From Malacoraja senta (lineage: Eukaryota): a stretch of 64,000 nucleotides of DNA. The stretch's first letter is position 1, and the number at the start of each line of letters is the position of its first letter. Where the stretch lies: positions 62,001 through 126,000 of the forward strand of contig JAXLNO010000087.1 in assembly GCA_038087875.1 (NCBI GenBank), written 5' to 3'. A program made the position numbers and the translations under genes. Positions 12,032-24,365 of this stretch are shown in pieces. The notes under the pieces were generated by a model that had not been told where the DNA came from, made no database searches, and saw nothing but the letters and a program-made list of their open reading frames with translations.

Positions 12032-12360
12032 TGGGCCTGTCCCACTTACGTGACTTTTTCGGCGACTGCCGGCACCCGTCATTGGTCGTTGCAGGTCGCT
12101 GAAAATGTTCAATATGTTGAAAATTCAATGGCGTCCAGAAAGATGCGACGACTCTTTGGGCGACTGAGGAGACTACTCACAACCATACAGGCGACATGTC
12201 GTGGGGTAAAGCCTGTATGGTCGTGAGTAGTTACCCAAAGAGTCGTACCTTGTTCTAGTCGCCGCTGGGTTTTCAACGTTGAACATTTTCTGTGACCTGC
12301 AACGACCTATGACGGGTGCCGGCAAGTCACCGAAAAAGTCGTGTAAGTGGGACAGGCCCA
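12032..12360. mobile_element. Palindromic PIF/Harbinger (Tourist-like) MITE
   Basis: TIRs TGGGCCTGTCCCACTTAC / GTAAGTGGGACAGGCCCA, near-complete internal palindrome, 3-bp TSD TGA on both sides (12029-31, 12361-63). Confidence 0.85.
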
Positions 12361-14147
12361 TGAGACTTCAAAGTCTCAATCTGATCAGAAATTCAACGCA
12401 TGTCAACAAGATGATCATATATTTGTAAACTACACCACAGTCCAAGGTTAGTGGTGTTGTTTACAAATTAAATTACATTTCATACATTCATGAGTGAGCC
12501 TTGCTTGGAAATGATTGGTTTAACAATCCTACCGTGTCCCACAGAAAATTATTGCCCAATTCTTAGGGCTAACGGCCAAGCTCTTAGTGCCAACGGAATC
12601 AAGGGGTATGGAGAGAAAGCAGGAACGGGGTACTGATTTTGGATGAGCAGCCATGGTGATATTAAACGGCTCAAAGGGCCGAATGGCCTACTCCTGCACC
12701 TATTTGCTATGTTTCTAATTGTTTTTGGATTAGAGATGAGTGGCAGGCCCACTGCTCTGTCAGCTGTGTATTGGGAAAAGTCAGTGGGTGGGGGTGGGTG
12801 GTGGAAAGTGCAAGAGGCATCCTTTGTAGATTTATCATGAGCCTTCTGGCTGAGGAGCAGAGGCAGCAGCTGGCTGCCAGAGGAGAAAGACAAGGCCAGG
12901 TGAGCAAGGTTTAGTGAATGTTGCCTTAACAGGATGACTAGTGTTCAGTTTACAGGTTGCTCTGAGCCATATGTTGCCTTCTCATAGTCACACACCTGCA
13001 AGAATTCTGACGCAGTGAGTTACTCCAGTACTTTGTGTCTATCTTTGGTATAAACCAGCATCTGCAGATCTTTGTTTCTACCAAGGTCACTGGCGGTTAG
13101 GCAATTGTCTAGTGCAGCCCAGTACATTGGTGTCACCTGAAAACTTGTGGATGGAGTTAGCGTTGAATTTGGCCGTACAGTCGTGATTGTATAGGGAGTT
13201 TAGTAATGGACTGAGAACGCATCGTTGCTTGGCATCGTTGTATTGAGTAATATTATGGAGGAGGTTTCACCTATTCTCACTGCTTGTGGTCTGTGGGTCA
13301 GAAAGTCAAAGATCCAGTGACAGAGCAGGGAGCTGATTCCTAGAAATAAATAGAAAAAGATGGAGTAACTCAGCGGGTCAGACAGCATTTCTGGAGAAAA
13401 GGAATAGGTGACGATTTAGGTCGAGACCCTTCTTCAGATTTATCTGTCCCGCTGAGTTACTCCAGCTTTTTCTGTCTATCTTCCGTTTAAACCAGCATCT
13501 GCAGTTTCTTCCTACACTACAAATTCCTTGGGCTGAAAGTTGTCTTTTAACAGGGTAAACAGGATGGCAGGTTTACAAGTTGCTCTGAGAAACCTCTCGC
13601 CCTTTTCAGCATTCTGAGAGAGTCACACGTCTGCATCAATTCTGCATCATTTGGAAAGCTAATCGACATAAAGGAGAGGGATAGATGCAGTTCTGATGCA
13701 GTTCCTGTGGCCACTAGAGGTGTAGAAATGCAAAGTTTAGCTTGCATTTAGATGCAATCTGGAAGTCTAAGACTCAAAAGTTTGACAGAAATAAAGTGTT
13801 TAAAAAGAGAGAAAAAACTCTGCTCACAAGAAACGCTAACATCAACAATGATGTGCCCAGCAGCTTTTGAAGTTGAAGGTGGAGTGCACCCATTCACACA
13901 TTTATTTGTGTGATGACAATTGTTCAGTGGCTGTGCTTCCCTGGGAGTGGCACACTAGAATGCATTTGTCAGATACAAGCTGTAGACTTTCTGTCTGCAC
14001 AGGGCCTCACACACTTCACTCATTTTTTAAACCTTTCATTTTGTGATTTCTCTGACTTTTACAGTTGACCAGGAAACAATTGCCTCTGTTCCTCTGCTCA
14101 CAGCTGAGCTGTTTCTCGTTATGTTGTTTGTGTACACAGACATAGAA

Positions 14148-14590
14148 GGTGGTGCAGCGGTAGAGTTGCTGCCTCATAGCGCTAGAGACCCGGGTTTGAT
14201 CCTGACTACGAGTGCTGTCCTTACGGAATACGGAGCTTGTGCGTTCTCCCCATGACCTGCGTAGGTTCTCTCTGCGTGCGCCGGTTTCCTCACACACTCC
14301 AAAGACGTACAAGTTTGTACAAGTCTGAAGAAGGGTCTCAACCCAAAACGTCACCCATTCCTTCTCTCCGGAGATGCTGCGTGTCCCGCTGAGTTACTCC
14401 AGCTTTTTATGTCTATCTTTGGTTTAAACCAGTATGTGCAATTCCTGCTTACACAAGTTTGTAGATTAATTGGCTTTGGTAAAATTGGAAATTGTCCCTA
14501 GTGTGTAGAATAGTGTTAGTGTGCGAGATCGCTGGTCGGCACGGACTCGGTGGGCTGAAGGGCTTGTTTCCATGCTGTATATCTAATCTA
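14148..14590 (+). mobile_element. V-SINE with an inserted Penelope-derived repeat (14322-14450)
   Basis: SINE head and core are interrupted after CCAAAGACGTACAAGTTTGTA and resume at ACAAGTTTGTAGATTAATTGGC. Confidence 0.75.
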
Positions 14591-14599
14591 ATCTCAGCT

Positions 14600-15665
14600 A
14601 ATCTCTGCTGTGGGGTTCCACAAGGTTCCATCCTTGGCCCCATTCTCTTCTGCCTGGATATGCTCCCCTTAGGCCAAGTCATTGAAAGGCACTGCATTTC
14701 CTTCCATTGCTACGCAGACAATACACAACTCTATCTCCCCCTGAAGCCCCAAAACCAATCAAATCTGCTTAACCTTATCCACTGCCTCGAGGATATAAAG
14801 TGTTGGATGGCCCAGAACTTCCTCCAACTAAACGAGAGTAAGTCTGGGGTCATCCTTCTCGGCCCCTCGGACTCAATCAAAATGATAGCAGGCAGCCTTT
14901 GGAAGCCTTACCCCACTACTCAAACCTCACGTCAAAAACCTTGGCGTGATATTTGACTCAGCACTGAAGTTTGACAAACAAGTCAATGCCATGGTAAAAG
15001 CTAGCTTCTTTCAGCTTCGGACGATAGCTAAAATAAAACAATTCCTCCAGTTTGATGACCTCGAAAACATCATCCACACATTTATCTCCTCCCGTCTAGA
15101 TTACTGCAACTCCCTCTACATCAGCCAATCTTCCCTGTCCCACCTGCAACTGGTCCAAAATGCCGCAGCGAGACTCCTGACGGGCACCCGAAAAAGGGAC
15201 ATCACCCTGATCCTGGCCTCTCTCCACTGGCTCACTGTGCGGTTCCGTATAAATTTCAAGATCCTCCTTTATGTCTACAAAGCCCTCAATGGGCTTGACC
15301 CCACCTACATTAAAAGTCTGCTCACCCACCACACCACCTCCAGGTCCCTCAGATCGGCCGACTTGGGGTTACTGAACATCTAGGCATAAGCTCAGGGGCG
15401 ACCGCGCCTTTGCGGTTGCAACTCCTAGACTGTGGAACAGCATCCCTCTTCCCATCAGAACTGCCCCCTCCATCGACTTCTTTAAGTCGAGACTAAAAAC
15501 TCATCTGTACTCCCAAGCCTTTCTTGACGCCCTCTGAGCGAGGGCTATATGTATGTAGTTTGTTGTTATACTATTCTTATACCAATGTAAAGCACTTTGG
15601 CCAACGAGAGTTGTTTTTTAAATGTGCTATATAAATAAATGTGACTTGACTTGACTTGACTTGAC
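14600..15665 (+). mobile_element. L2 LINE 3' portion (frameshifted RT)
   Basis: CGVPQGSILGP, HCYADNTQLY, SRLDYCNSL, LQLVQNAAARLLT, LHWL; (CTTGA)n tail. Confidence 0.9.
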
Positions 15666-16087
15666 TAAACTGAACTAAATTAAAATCTGTGGCTGGAGGG
15701 ATGGTGCAAGACGGAGGCTGGGGATTGGGCAATTGCCTGGGAGCAACAGTATGAATCACTTGTCAGTAAGAAGCCATTCCAAAAGCTCGGGTTTGCCAGA
15801 CTGCAATTCTTTGCTTTTCTCCACCTTGATCTGTAATCAGTTAATGATGATTAGATTTGTTGAACAAAGAGTCAGGTCACCATGAATGACCAATACAAAT
15901 TAGTGTTAAATATTTGGTTTAACTGTGTGTTGGCAGAATGCTTTTCATCTTTCACATCGATCCCTATTTCACTTGGCCATACTCTCCTATCCCTTTGTGA
16001 GCTTTCTGTCCCATTAATTCTGGTGTCTATATACAAATACCATCGTCAGATGCAATTAGAGAAGAGTGGGAACAAGAACTATCTATA

Positions 16088-16922
16088 AAAATTTCGAAAG
16101 ACAGATGGGATAAATATTTGTTATACGTACACAAATGTTCGATTAATGTAAGACTATATTACTCGAAAACTAAACTGAATGGAATTGTTCCAAATGTCTC
16201 TCCCATCTGTGATAAATGCTTATCTCAAGATACAACTATAGCACACTTCCATGCATAAAGCTCCACAAATTTTGGAAAGAAAATTTTGAAATGTTCACAA
16301 CATTATTTAAAATACAATTGGACCCCAACACAGAATTGATTATTTTTGGAACAATGGAAGCCGGCTCTGAGCTGACTTTTAAAAACTGTCTTCTAAACTA
16401 TGGCTAGATAACGGCAAAAAAACGTACTCAAATTCTGGAAAAATGCACCCACCCCAACGCTTAAAATGTGGATTTCAAGCATGTCTGAAATGTTACATCT
16501 CGAAGATATGAGATTCATCCTAGCAGGTAAATCAGACCAATTCTTAAAGATTTGGTCTCCTTTAATCGACTTATTACAAGTATATGGTGCAACATAACCC
16601 TGGAAATTAATTGTTTCAGAACTGGGTGAGGGGTGTGGAAAGATATGAAGCAGGTATATCCCCCTTTTTTTCCCCCCCCTTTTTTTATTTTATTTATTTA
16701 TTTAATTTTTCTCTTTTTTTTCTCTCTTTCATTATATCTTCACGGACTCTTTATTTCTATTCTTTCACGAACTGTCAATATCCCTACTTTACTTATCTTT
16801 CTCTTTCATTTTCTTCCTTGCTTCTGTTACTTCTCTGTTATTATATTACTGTATACTACTGTACATTGCTTCTAACAAAAATATTAATTACAAATAAATA
16901 AATAAATAATAATAATAATAAT
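16088..16922 (+). mobile_element. L1-clade LINE 3' fragment
   Basis: ORF2 C-terminal Cys region (KCSINVR...SPICDKC...FW...LIIFG), T-rich 3'UTR, (AATA/AAT)n tail. Confidence 0.65.
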
Positions 16923-16924
16923 TC

Positions 16925-17560
16925 TGGTGTCTTTCTTAACCTTTCCTATACTCTCTTTCCCTTTAACTCCATCTTTGTATTTCCAATTTGTCTCCCCCCC
17001 ACTATTTACTTTAAATGCCCCCGTGTAGCAGTGGCAAACCTGCCTGCCCCCCACCAGTTAAGCTGTAACCCGTCCCTTTTGTATAATTCACCTTTACCCC
17101 AAAACAGATCCCATGGGCTAAGAATCCAAATCCCTGCCCCCTGCACCAGCTCCTCAGCCACAACTTCAGATCCCCTATCTCCCTGTTCCTGCCCTCTCCA
17201 GCACGAGGAACTGGAAGCAAACCCTGGAGGTCCTGCTTTTCAGCCTTCTTCCGAGCTCTGTAAAGTCACGCTGCAGAATCTCTTTCCTCTTCTTCCCGAC
17301 AATCATTTGTGCCGACATGTACTACCACTTCCGGCTGCTCACCTTCACCTTTGAGGATGCCCTGTAATTGGTCCGTGACGTCCTGGATCCTGGCAACAGG
17401 GAGGCAACACACCATCTTTGAATCCCGCCTGTTGCCGCAGAAGCCCCTGTCTGTACCTCTCACGATGGAGTCCCCGACAACCACGGCTCTGCCTGATGTC
17501 TGTCTCTTCGGCTTTGTTTCAGCGCCACTTGTTGACTCGCAGACCTGTCCGCCGCTCAGA
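16925..17560 (-). mobile_element. CR1 ORF1 fragment with SGNH/GDSL esterase domain
   Basis: AVVVGDSIVRG...CLPVARIQDV...VVVHVGTND, typical of the CR1 ORF1 esterase. Confidence 0.85.
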
Positions 17561-17849
17561 CTGGCAGTTAATGATGGATAGATTTTTGCTGAACAAAGAT
17601 TCAGGCAACCATCTATGACCAATACAAATTAGTGTTACATATTTGGTTTGTGTGTGCGTTGGGAGGGTGGTGGAGTGAATGGTTTAATTATTAATTTCAA
17701 CAATGTACATTTTAAAGGGAAAAGATGAGTTGCCGCTAGGATTTGGACCGAAAGATGCAACTGCGATTCCAGGTCTGACAAAAGATTTAAAAATCTTCAG
17801 CAAATTATTCAAAATGACAATTCCTGGCACTGTGAATGACACACACCTA

Positions 17850-18450
17850 TAGGTCCCTTCACCTCCCCCCTCCACTCCATTCAAGGACCCAAGCAGTCGT
17901 TCCAGGTGCGACAGAGGTTCACCTGCATCTCCTCCAACCTCATCTATTGCATTCGCTGCTCTAGATGCCAGCTGATCTACATCGGTGAGACCAAGCGGCG
18001 GCTTGGCGATTGTTTCGCCGAACACCTCCGGTCGGTCCGCAATAACCAACCTGAACTCCCGGTGGCTCAGCACTTCAACTCCCCCTCCCATTCCGTATCT
18101 GACCTCTCTGTCCTGGGTCTCCTCCATGGCCACAGCGAGCAACACCGTAAATTGGAGGAAATGCACCTCATATTCCGCTTGGGCAGTCTACATCCTGGGG
18201 GTTTGAACATTGAATTCTCCCAATTGTGCTAGCCCTTGCTGTCCCCTCCCCTTCATCAGCCATCTGGTTGTCTCCTCTCCTCCCCCAGCCCTCGGGCTCC
18301 TCCTCCGCCTTTTTCCTTTTTTCCTTTTTCCTTTCTTCTCCCCACCCCCTATCAGTCTGAAGAAGGGTTTCAGCCCGAAACGTTACCTATTTCCTTCGCT
18401 CCATAGATGCTGCTGCACCCGCTGAGTTTCTCCAGCATTTTTGTGTACCC
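17850..18450 (+). mobile_element. Penelope-like element 3' end: GIY-YIG endonuclease plus terminal repeat
   Basis: FTCISSNLIYCIRCSRCQLIYIGETKRRLGDCFAEH...VAQHFN...GLN, the PLE-type GIY-YIG with CxxC. Confidence 0.9.
18355..18397 (+). ncRNA. Minimal type I hammerhead ribozyme motif in the Penelope terminal repeat
   Basis: GT-CTGAAGA-A-GGGT TTCA GCCC-GAAA-CG-TT-AC: CUGANGA and GAAA cores, stem II hairpin, palindromic ACGU stem III, GUH site. Confidence 0.7.
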
Positions 18451-20574
18451 TATAGGGACAATGTTGGCGGGAAATCTGAAGAGAAAGTAAATTGCAGGTG
18501 AACTACAGTTTGTATTCTGTAAACATCACCACTAACGTAGGACTCCGGCTGGGCACGGTTCAATTTAACACGTTGACATGAATGGGCCTAGTGATTGCTT
18601 TGTCAATCTGGAGACTAACAACATTCTTGTTCAAATGTTTTGGGACCAGAGACGAGGGGCCGGCTGTGTATTGGGAAGAAGTCAGTAGGGTGGGAGACTG
18701 GCTCTGGAGGGTGGGTGGTGATGGGCGAGGGGTGGGTGGTGCAAGTGGAAGAGGTGATGATAAAGGCAGTCTTTGTGGATTCATCACAAGCCAGGTTTAC
18801 ATCCGAGATGGAAAGACAGCAACTGGCTAATGGAAGGGAATCACAAGGCCAGGTGAGGAAAGTTTTGTGAATATAATCTTTTAACAGGATGGCTAGTGTT
18901 CAGTTTACAAGTTGCTCTGAGATGCTTCTTGCCTACTCAGTCACGCGTCTAAACATTTTTCAGGTACTGATTAGAATTTGGAAATGTTATCAAAGTGGGT
19001 AAAGAAATGAGGTGAAATCTGTGGTTTGGAGCAGTTCCGGTGTCCACTAGAGATGTAGTAATGATGCAAAGTTTAACTTGCATTTAACTGTAAATTGGAG
19101 CCCTTTCCCCTGTCTCAGTCTGAAGAAGGGTCTCGACCTCAATCCTGTTTCCAGAGATGTTGTCTGACCCGCTGAGGTACTCCAGCTTCTTTTTGTCTAT
19201 CTTGGGCCTAGGGAGTAATTGCTTTATCAATCGGGCTCTGCCCCGGCAACTAAACCTTTGCCCGCATGTTTTGGGACCGGAGACAGGAGGGTGGGCACTG
19301 TGCTGTTGGTGTGTATTGGGAAGAAGTCCGTGGGGTGGGATGACTTGCTCTGGAGGGTGGGCAGAATTCTGCCATTGCCAATCCCTGACTGTATCATTGG
19401 GCCGGGGGTTGGGGCGATGGGCGGGAAGTGGTGGTGCAAAGTACAAGAGTAATCATAAGGATGAATCAAGCCTTTGTGGATTCAACACGAGACAGCAGCT
19501 GGCTGATGGAGGGGACAGACAGGAAAAACAGGATGGCTCATGTTCAGTTTACAAGTTGCTCACAGATGACTCTTGCTTTTGCAGAGATCTGCGTCTAAAC
19601 ATTCTTAAGATGCTCATTAGAATTTTGAAATTTAATCCAATGAAAAGAGGGGGAAATCTATGGTCTGGTGCAGTTCAGGTGTGTTCTGTTGCAAAGTTTT
19701 GCTTGTATTTAACTGTAAGCTGGAACTGTAGGACTTCTTTGAATGGATTCTTTGAAAAGAGTGAAAACAATCTCATCACAAGGATTGGGTTGCTGAAAGC
19801 AACACTGGTGTGCTTGACAGTTTATCTCTCTGAAGAAGTATAACTATCCACACTACTTGTTTTCAGTAGCATGACTGTGGTTCCCTGTATTTGTGTGAAA
19901 CAAGCCGTTGACTTATGTCTGCGCAGGGCTTCAAGTAGTTCACCCATTTATGGAAACGTTGAATTTGTGCTGTTCTCTGACTTTTATAGTTGACCATGAA
20001 TCAATTGTTTCTGTTCCTTTGTAGAAACAAGAAACTGTAGATGCTGGTTAATACACTAAAGGGGGAAAAGTGCTGGAGTAAACCAGCAGGCCAGGCATCA
20101 TCTCTGGAGCACATGAGGTGTTATTTTGGGTTGGGACCCTTCTTCAGTTCAGACTGAGTTTCTACAGCACATTGTGTCCTTTCCCTTCTGTTCCTTTGTT
20201 CACTGCTACACTGTTACTCTATGTAGAGGGGAGAATGGGTTGGGAGAAAGGTAGTTCAGCCATTATTGAATGGCGGAGTGGTATTTGATGGGCCGAATGG
20301 CCTGATTCTGCCCCTATGAATGATGAACGTGCTGGGGCCTGGGCAATTACCTGTTGTGAATTGCATGTCAGGAAATGGATATTCCAAATGCTCGTATTTG
20401 CACGATTTGAAGCAACTGCAATCTTTTGCTTTTCTCCATCTTGTTTTGTGACAGTTGATGATGCTTTGATTTTGGTGAACAAAGATTCATGTCACCATCA
20501 ATGGTTGCCTTCAGTGTTTAGTGTTGATTATGAGGATTATGTGTGGTGCCTTTACTAAGAGCTGTTTAGATTTA

Positions 20575-21277
20575 AGGGCCTGTCCCACTTACGTGTCCTT
20601 GGCACGCAAATTACGCGACCTCGTGGGCGCGTTGAGCCGAGACGGTCTAGCGAAGGTCGGGCGCGATTACATGCGTACGTACAGCCGTCTGGAGCACGTG
20701 ACGTTATTTGAAGATGGACACAAAGCTGGAGTAAGTCAGTGGGACCGGCAGCATCTCTGGAGAGAAGGAATGGGTGACGTTTCGGTTCGAGACTCTTGTT
20801 CAGTCTGAAAGAAGGGTCTTGACCAGAAACGTCACCCATTGCTTCTCTCCAGAGTTGCTGCCGGTCCCGCTGAGTTACTCCAGCATTTTGTGTCTATCTT
20901 AAATTTTCTTGGCCCCGCTCTGGGAGTAGAAGTGGGGGCGGATCCGGACCGCAACGGCCGTGAGCCCCAGGCCGAGTTCGGCGATCGTTTGTCTGCTTCT
21001 GCTGCTGTTGGAGGTGAGACGTTGCGTCGCGCCAGGGTCTTGGGCCTGTCCCACTTTAACCGTCAGTTCCGCGACAGGCCGTTGGCGCGCGAAGATTTCG
21101 TTCACTGCAAGAATTTCGGAGCCCCGCGCGATGTCGGGACCCGCCCCGCACAACTCCATACACCTCCACGCTTCTAAGTGGGACCGGCCCCGCGCGGCCA
21201 TAAGGTGCCTGTACGCCTCAAGCGACCACGAGGTCGAGTAATTTGCGAGCCAAGGACGCGTAAGTTGGACAGGCCCT
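20575..21277. mobile_element. Composite PIF/Harbinger-type MITE (inverted sister of 2798-3442)
   Basis: TIRs AGGGCCTGTCCCACTTAC / GTAAGTTGGACAGGCCCT, TSD TTA on both sides; same internal segments and Penelope palindrome. Confidence 0.82.
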
Positions 21278-24128
21278 TTAGACCCAAAGATTTTAATGAC
21301 AAAAAGCTTAAAAAAGATACTTCAGCACAATTGTTCAATGTCACAACTGCCAGCACTCAATGGAGTCACAACTAGCAGGATAATGCAGGCTGGCAATCTG
21401 AACAGAAAGTAAGTTGTTTGTGAATTACAGTTCACATCTGTAGACATCAGCGCTAACGTAGGATGTCACACCTCTGCAATAATTCTAATGATCCAGTACC
21501 AACCTGATTTCCCCAATCTACATGCATTGAAATCCCCACATGCATATTGAAGCCACATTGCCTTGCTTACATGCCGATTATATCTCCTGATGTAACTTAT
21601 ACCCTACATCCTGGTTACTGTTTGGAAGCCTGCATATAACTCCCATCAGGGTATTTTTACCCTTGCAGTTTCTTAACCTTACCCACAAAGATTCCTCATC
21701 TTCTGATCTTATGTCATCCCTTGCTAAGGATTGAATTCCATTTCTCTACCAGCAGCCACCCCACTCTCTCTACCTACCTGCCAGTCTTCTCAAAAGGATG
21801 TGTGTATCCTTGCATGTTTAGCTTGCAGCCTTGGACTTGTGGATCGACCAGCGAATCGACGCCAATGTCCTCGCCAGTCCGGCACTGAAGCAGGGTAATG
21901 TTGGCTGGCGATGTGACCAGAAAGTACATTGTAAATGAACTACCGTTCATATCCGTAGATATCACCATTAACGTAGAATGTCACACGACTGCGGTAATTC
22001 TTCAGGTATTGATTGGAATTCAGAAAGCTAATCAAAGGAAAGGGGAGGGGAAGAAATCCATGTTCCGGTTGCATCCTCTGTTCAGATATCCTGTTGCTTG
22101 CATCCATCTGTAAAATAACCCAAATTACATTCAATGAAGTCTATGGAAAGAAAAATAATAATTGCTGTAGGAAGGATCTCGAACCGAAACGTCACCCATT
22201 CCTTCTCTCCAGAGCTGCTGCCTGTCCCGCTGAGTTACTCCAGCATTTTCTATATTTGAACAATCCCTTCCCTTCCCTGAATGTGCCCCATTGAATCTTT
22301 TTCCTGCATTCTCCCCAAGTGGCAGATTTCATCCACTTTTGCCGCCTCACCTCTCTGTCTTGTAATATCGCCGTCCTCCAATTTAGAGCCGACTCTGACA
22401 CAATGCCAATTCAAACTCATTCATGATCACCACCACAAAAGCGCTCTCCCACCTATCCAGCCGAGACCAATCGTAGAACAGCATCTCCTCACAATGCCAC
22501 CAGCACCGACACCCACCCTCCCCCCTCCAACTCCCGCATGTGTCAGCAAACATCCATATAGCACTGACCGACACGTACCTGAACTCAGCCACCCAATTGT
22601 CATGTGTACCAGCAGCACAACGACAGTAAACACAGTGCTCGTATAGAACGTCATCAACACCAACAAATTGTAAACCCCAATCAATATTAGTGGGAAAAGC
22701 CCAAAGTCTGCAACAAAGACACTTCATAGTTTAGTTTGTTTTGTAATGTTCATGAGCCTGATGGTTATTGGGAAGAAACTGTTCTTGAAAGTAGACGTCG
22801 AGGCTTCCAGACTCCTCTACCTTCTTGCTGATGGTACGAGTAAATGTGCAACGGGGCCAAGGTGGTGGGGGTCCGTGATGATGCCTTTGAGGCAGTGCCT
22901 CCTGTAGAACCCTTCAATTGTGGAAGGGTCAGTACGTGTGATGGACTGGGCAGTGTTCACCATTCCTTGTAATCTCCTTTGTTTCCAGGAGTTTGAGAAG
23001 CTGAACCAGCCCGTGATGCAACAAATCTACATGCTCTCGACCGCACACATGTAGAAGTGTTCATGGACATACTCATGTAGGATAGACTAGTGTACGGATG
23101 GTTGCTACACAACATGGACTCGATGGGCCGACAGGCCTGTTTCCATGCTTTATCTCTAAACTAAACCATACCAAATCATGGAATGTTCAAAGTTCTTTAA
23201 TGTTATAAACCAGGTGGGAACCGTGGACCTTAGTAATGAGGGGATGAAGATGTCCATAAAATTCCACAATATCTAGCTCCAGTGCCGTCAAACACGCATC
23301 ATATGTTAACCCACTTATTCCTCGCATCATTCTTGTAAACCTCCTCTGGACCCTCTGCAGAGCCAGCACATCCTTCCTCAGATATGGTGCCCAAAACTGC
23401 TCACAATGCTTGCAATGCGGCCTGATCAGCGCCTTCTAGAGTCTCAGCATTACATCCCTGTTTTTGTATTCTAGCCCCCTTGAAATATATTGCGCTTGCC
23501 AATGGGAGGGAGAGAGACGAGGGCGGGCTGTTGCGTTTTGACCTCAAATTGGAGAATGAGAATCGCATGGGGCGAGCACAAATTGAAGGGTTTCAAACAA
23601 GAGTGAACCCTCTGAAGTGAGGCCTGCCTGCCTGCCTGCGTCTCATCAATACAGGCAAGGCAGCCTCTCCAAGGGAAGCACAGCCACGAGCCATTGTAAT
23701 CAAAGATCCTATAGCGAGCAAGATAGTCCACTCCTGCTAAATCCAATGGGCTGATTTGTAGTACGCAACGGAGCGGAATGTGGGCCATTTCTTCAGCCAT
23801 TTCAGTAACCGACCCGACTTTGTATATCCCTCTCGCAGTGTAATCAGCGTTGCGGACGAACAGTTTGTGTGTGTGATATAGGGTTAGATACATAATTCAT
23901 AATTCTGTTCATTTTTGTTAAAGATTAATATGTTTAATAAATTATGATTCTGTTAATTTTCTTTTAATGTTGTTTTAAACATTTCTTTTTAAATGGCTTA
24001 TGTGCTGTGTTTGAGTTGCTTTTATATTAACTTGCACTGTAATTCATTCATCTAATCACACTGTTCACAACTGCAGTATTTGGAAAACTAATAGCAATAT
24101 GAAGATTGGAGTTGCTCTACTCTTGGAA

Positions 24129-24365
24129 TGTTCCTTTTTGGCGAACGTCTGAAGAACGACAACTGGGGTTTCCAACAGATCTTTATTCACAAGTTGGATT
24201 TCCAGTTTACAGGTTCTCAGACACGTCTGCCCACAATGGTGGTCAGCGCTGAACTAACGCGTGCAAGTGAAAACCGTGCAAAACAAGCGGCCCCTCCCGA
24301 GTCACGTGACCGCGGCTTCCGAACACCGGGTTCGATCTCTGCGTACGCCAGCAGGCGCAGCTACA
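24129..24365 (-). mobile_element. Probable solo LTR (BEL/Gypsy-type)
   Basis: 237 bp CpG-rich block bounded by TGT...ACA, AATAAA on minus near its 3' end, GTCACGTGAC E-box; no TSD found. Confidence 0.45.

Larger units (their letters stand above)
11700..21480 (+). repeat. Old diverged tandem duplication array (about 3 copies of a multi-block unit) interrupted by TEs
   Basis: Recurrent blocks: GAACAAAG..TAGTGTT (11790, 15860, 17590, 20475); TTTACAAGTTGCTCTGAG (12950, 13570, 18905, 19550); TCTGACTTTTACAGTTGACC (14050, 19975); AATCTGAA..GAAAGTAA (18475, 21395). Confidence 0.75.

Noticed and set aside
15838..15920. ATGATGA box-C-like motif suggesting a C/D snoRNA
   Set aside because: No suitably placed CTGA or terminal stem, and box C is not kept in the paralogous units
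19157..19843. 228-aa ORF
   Set aside because: Begins in a Penelope-derived repeat and runs through an array unit; no recognisable domain and I saw no matching ORF in paralogous units
21830..22730. Non-repetitive, CpG-retaining stretch with several 60-120 aa ORFs and acceptor-like sites on minus
   Set aside because: No protein family recognised in any frame; needs BLASTX before any claim
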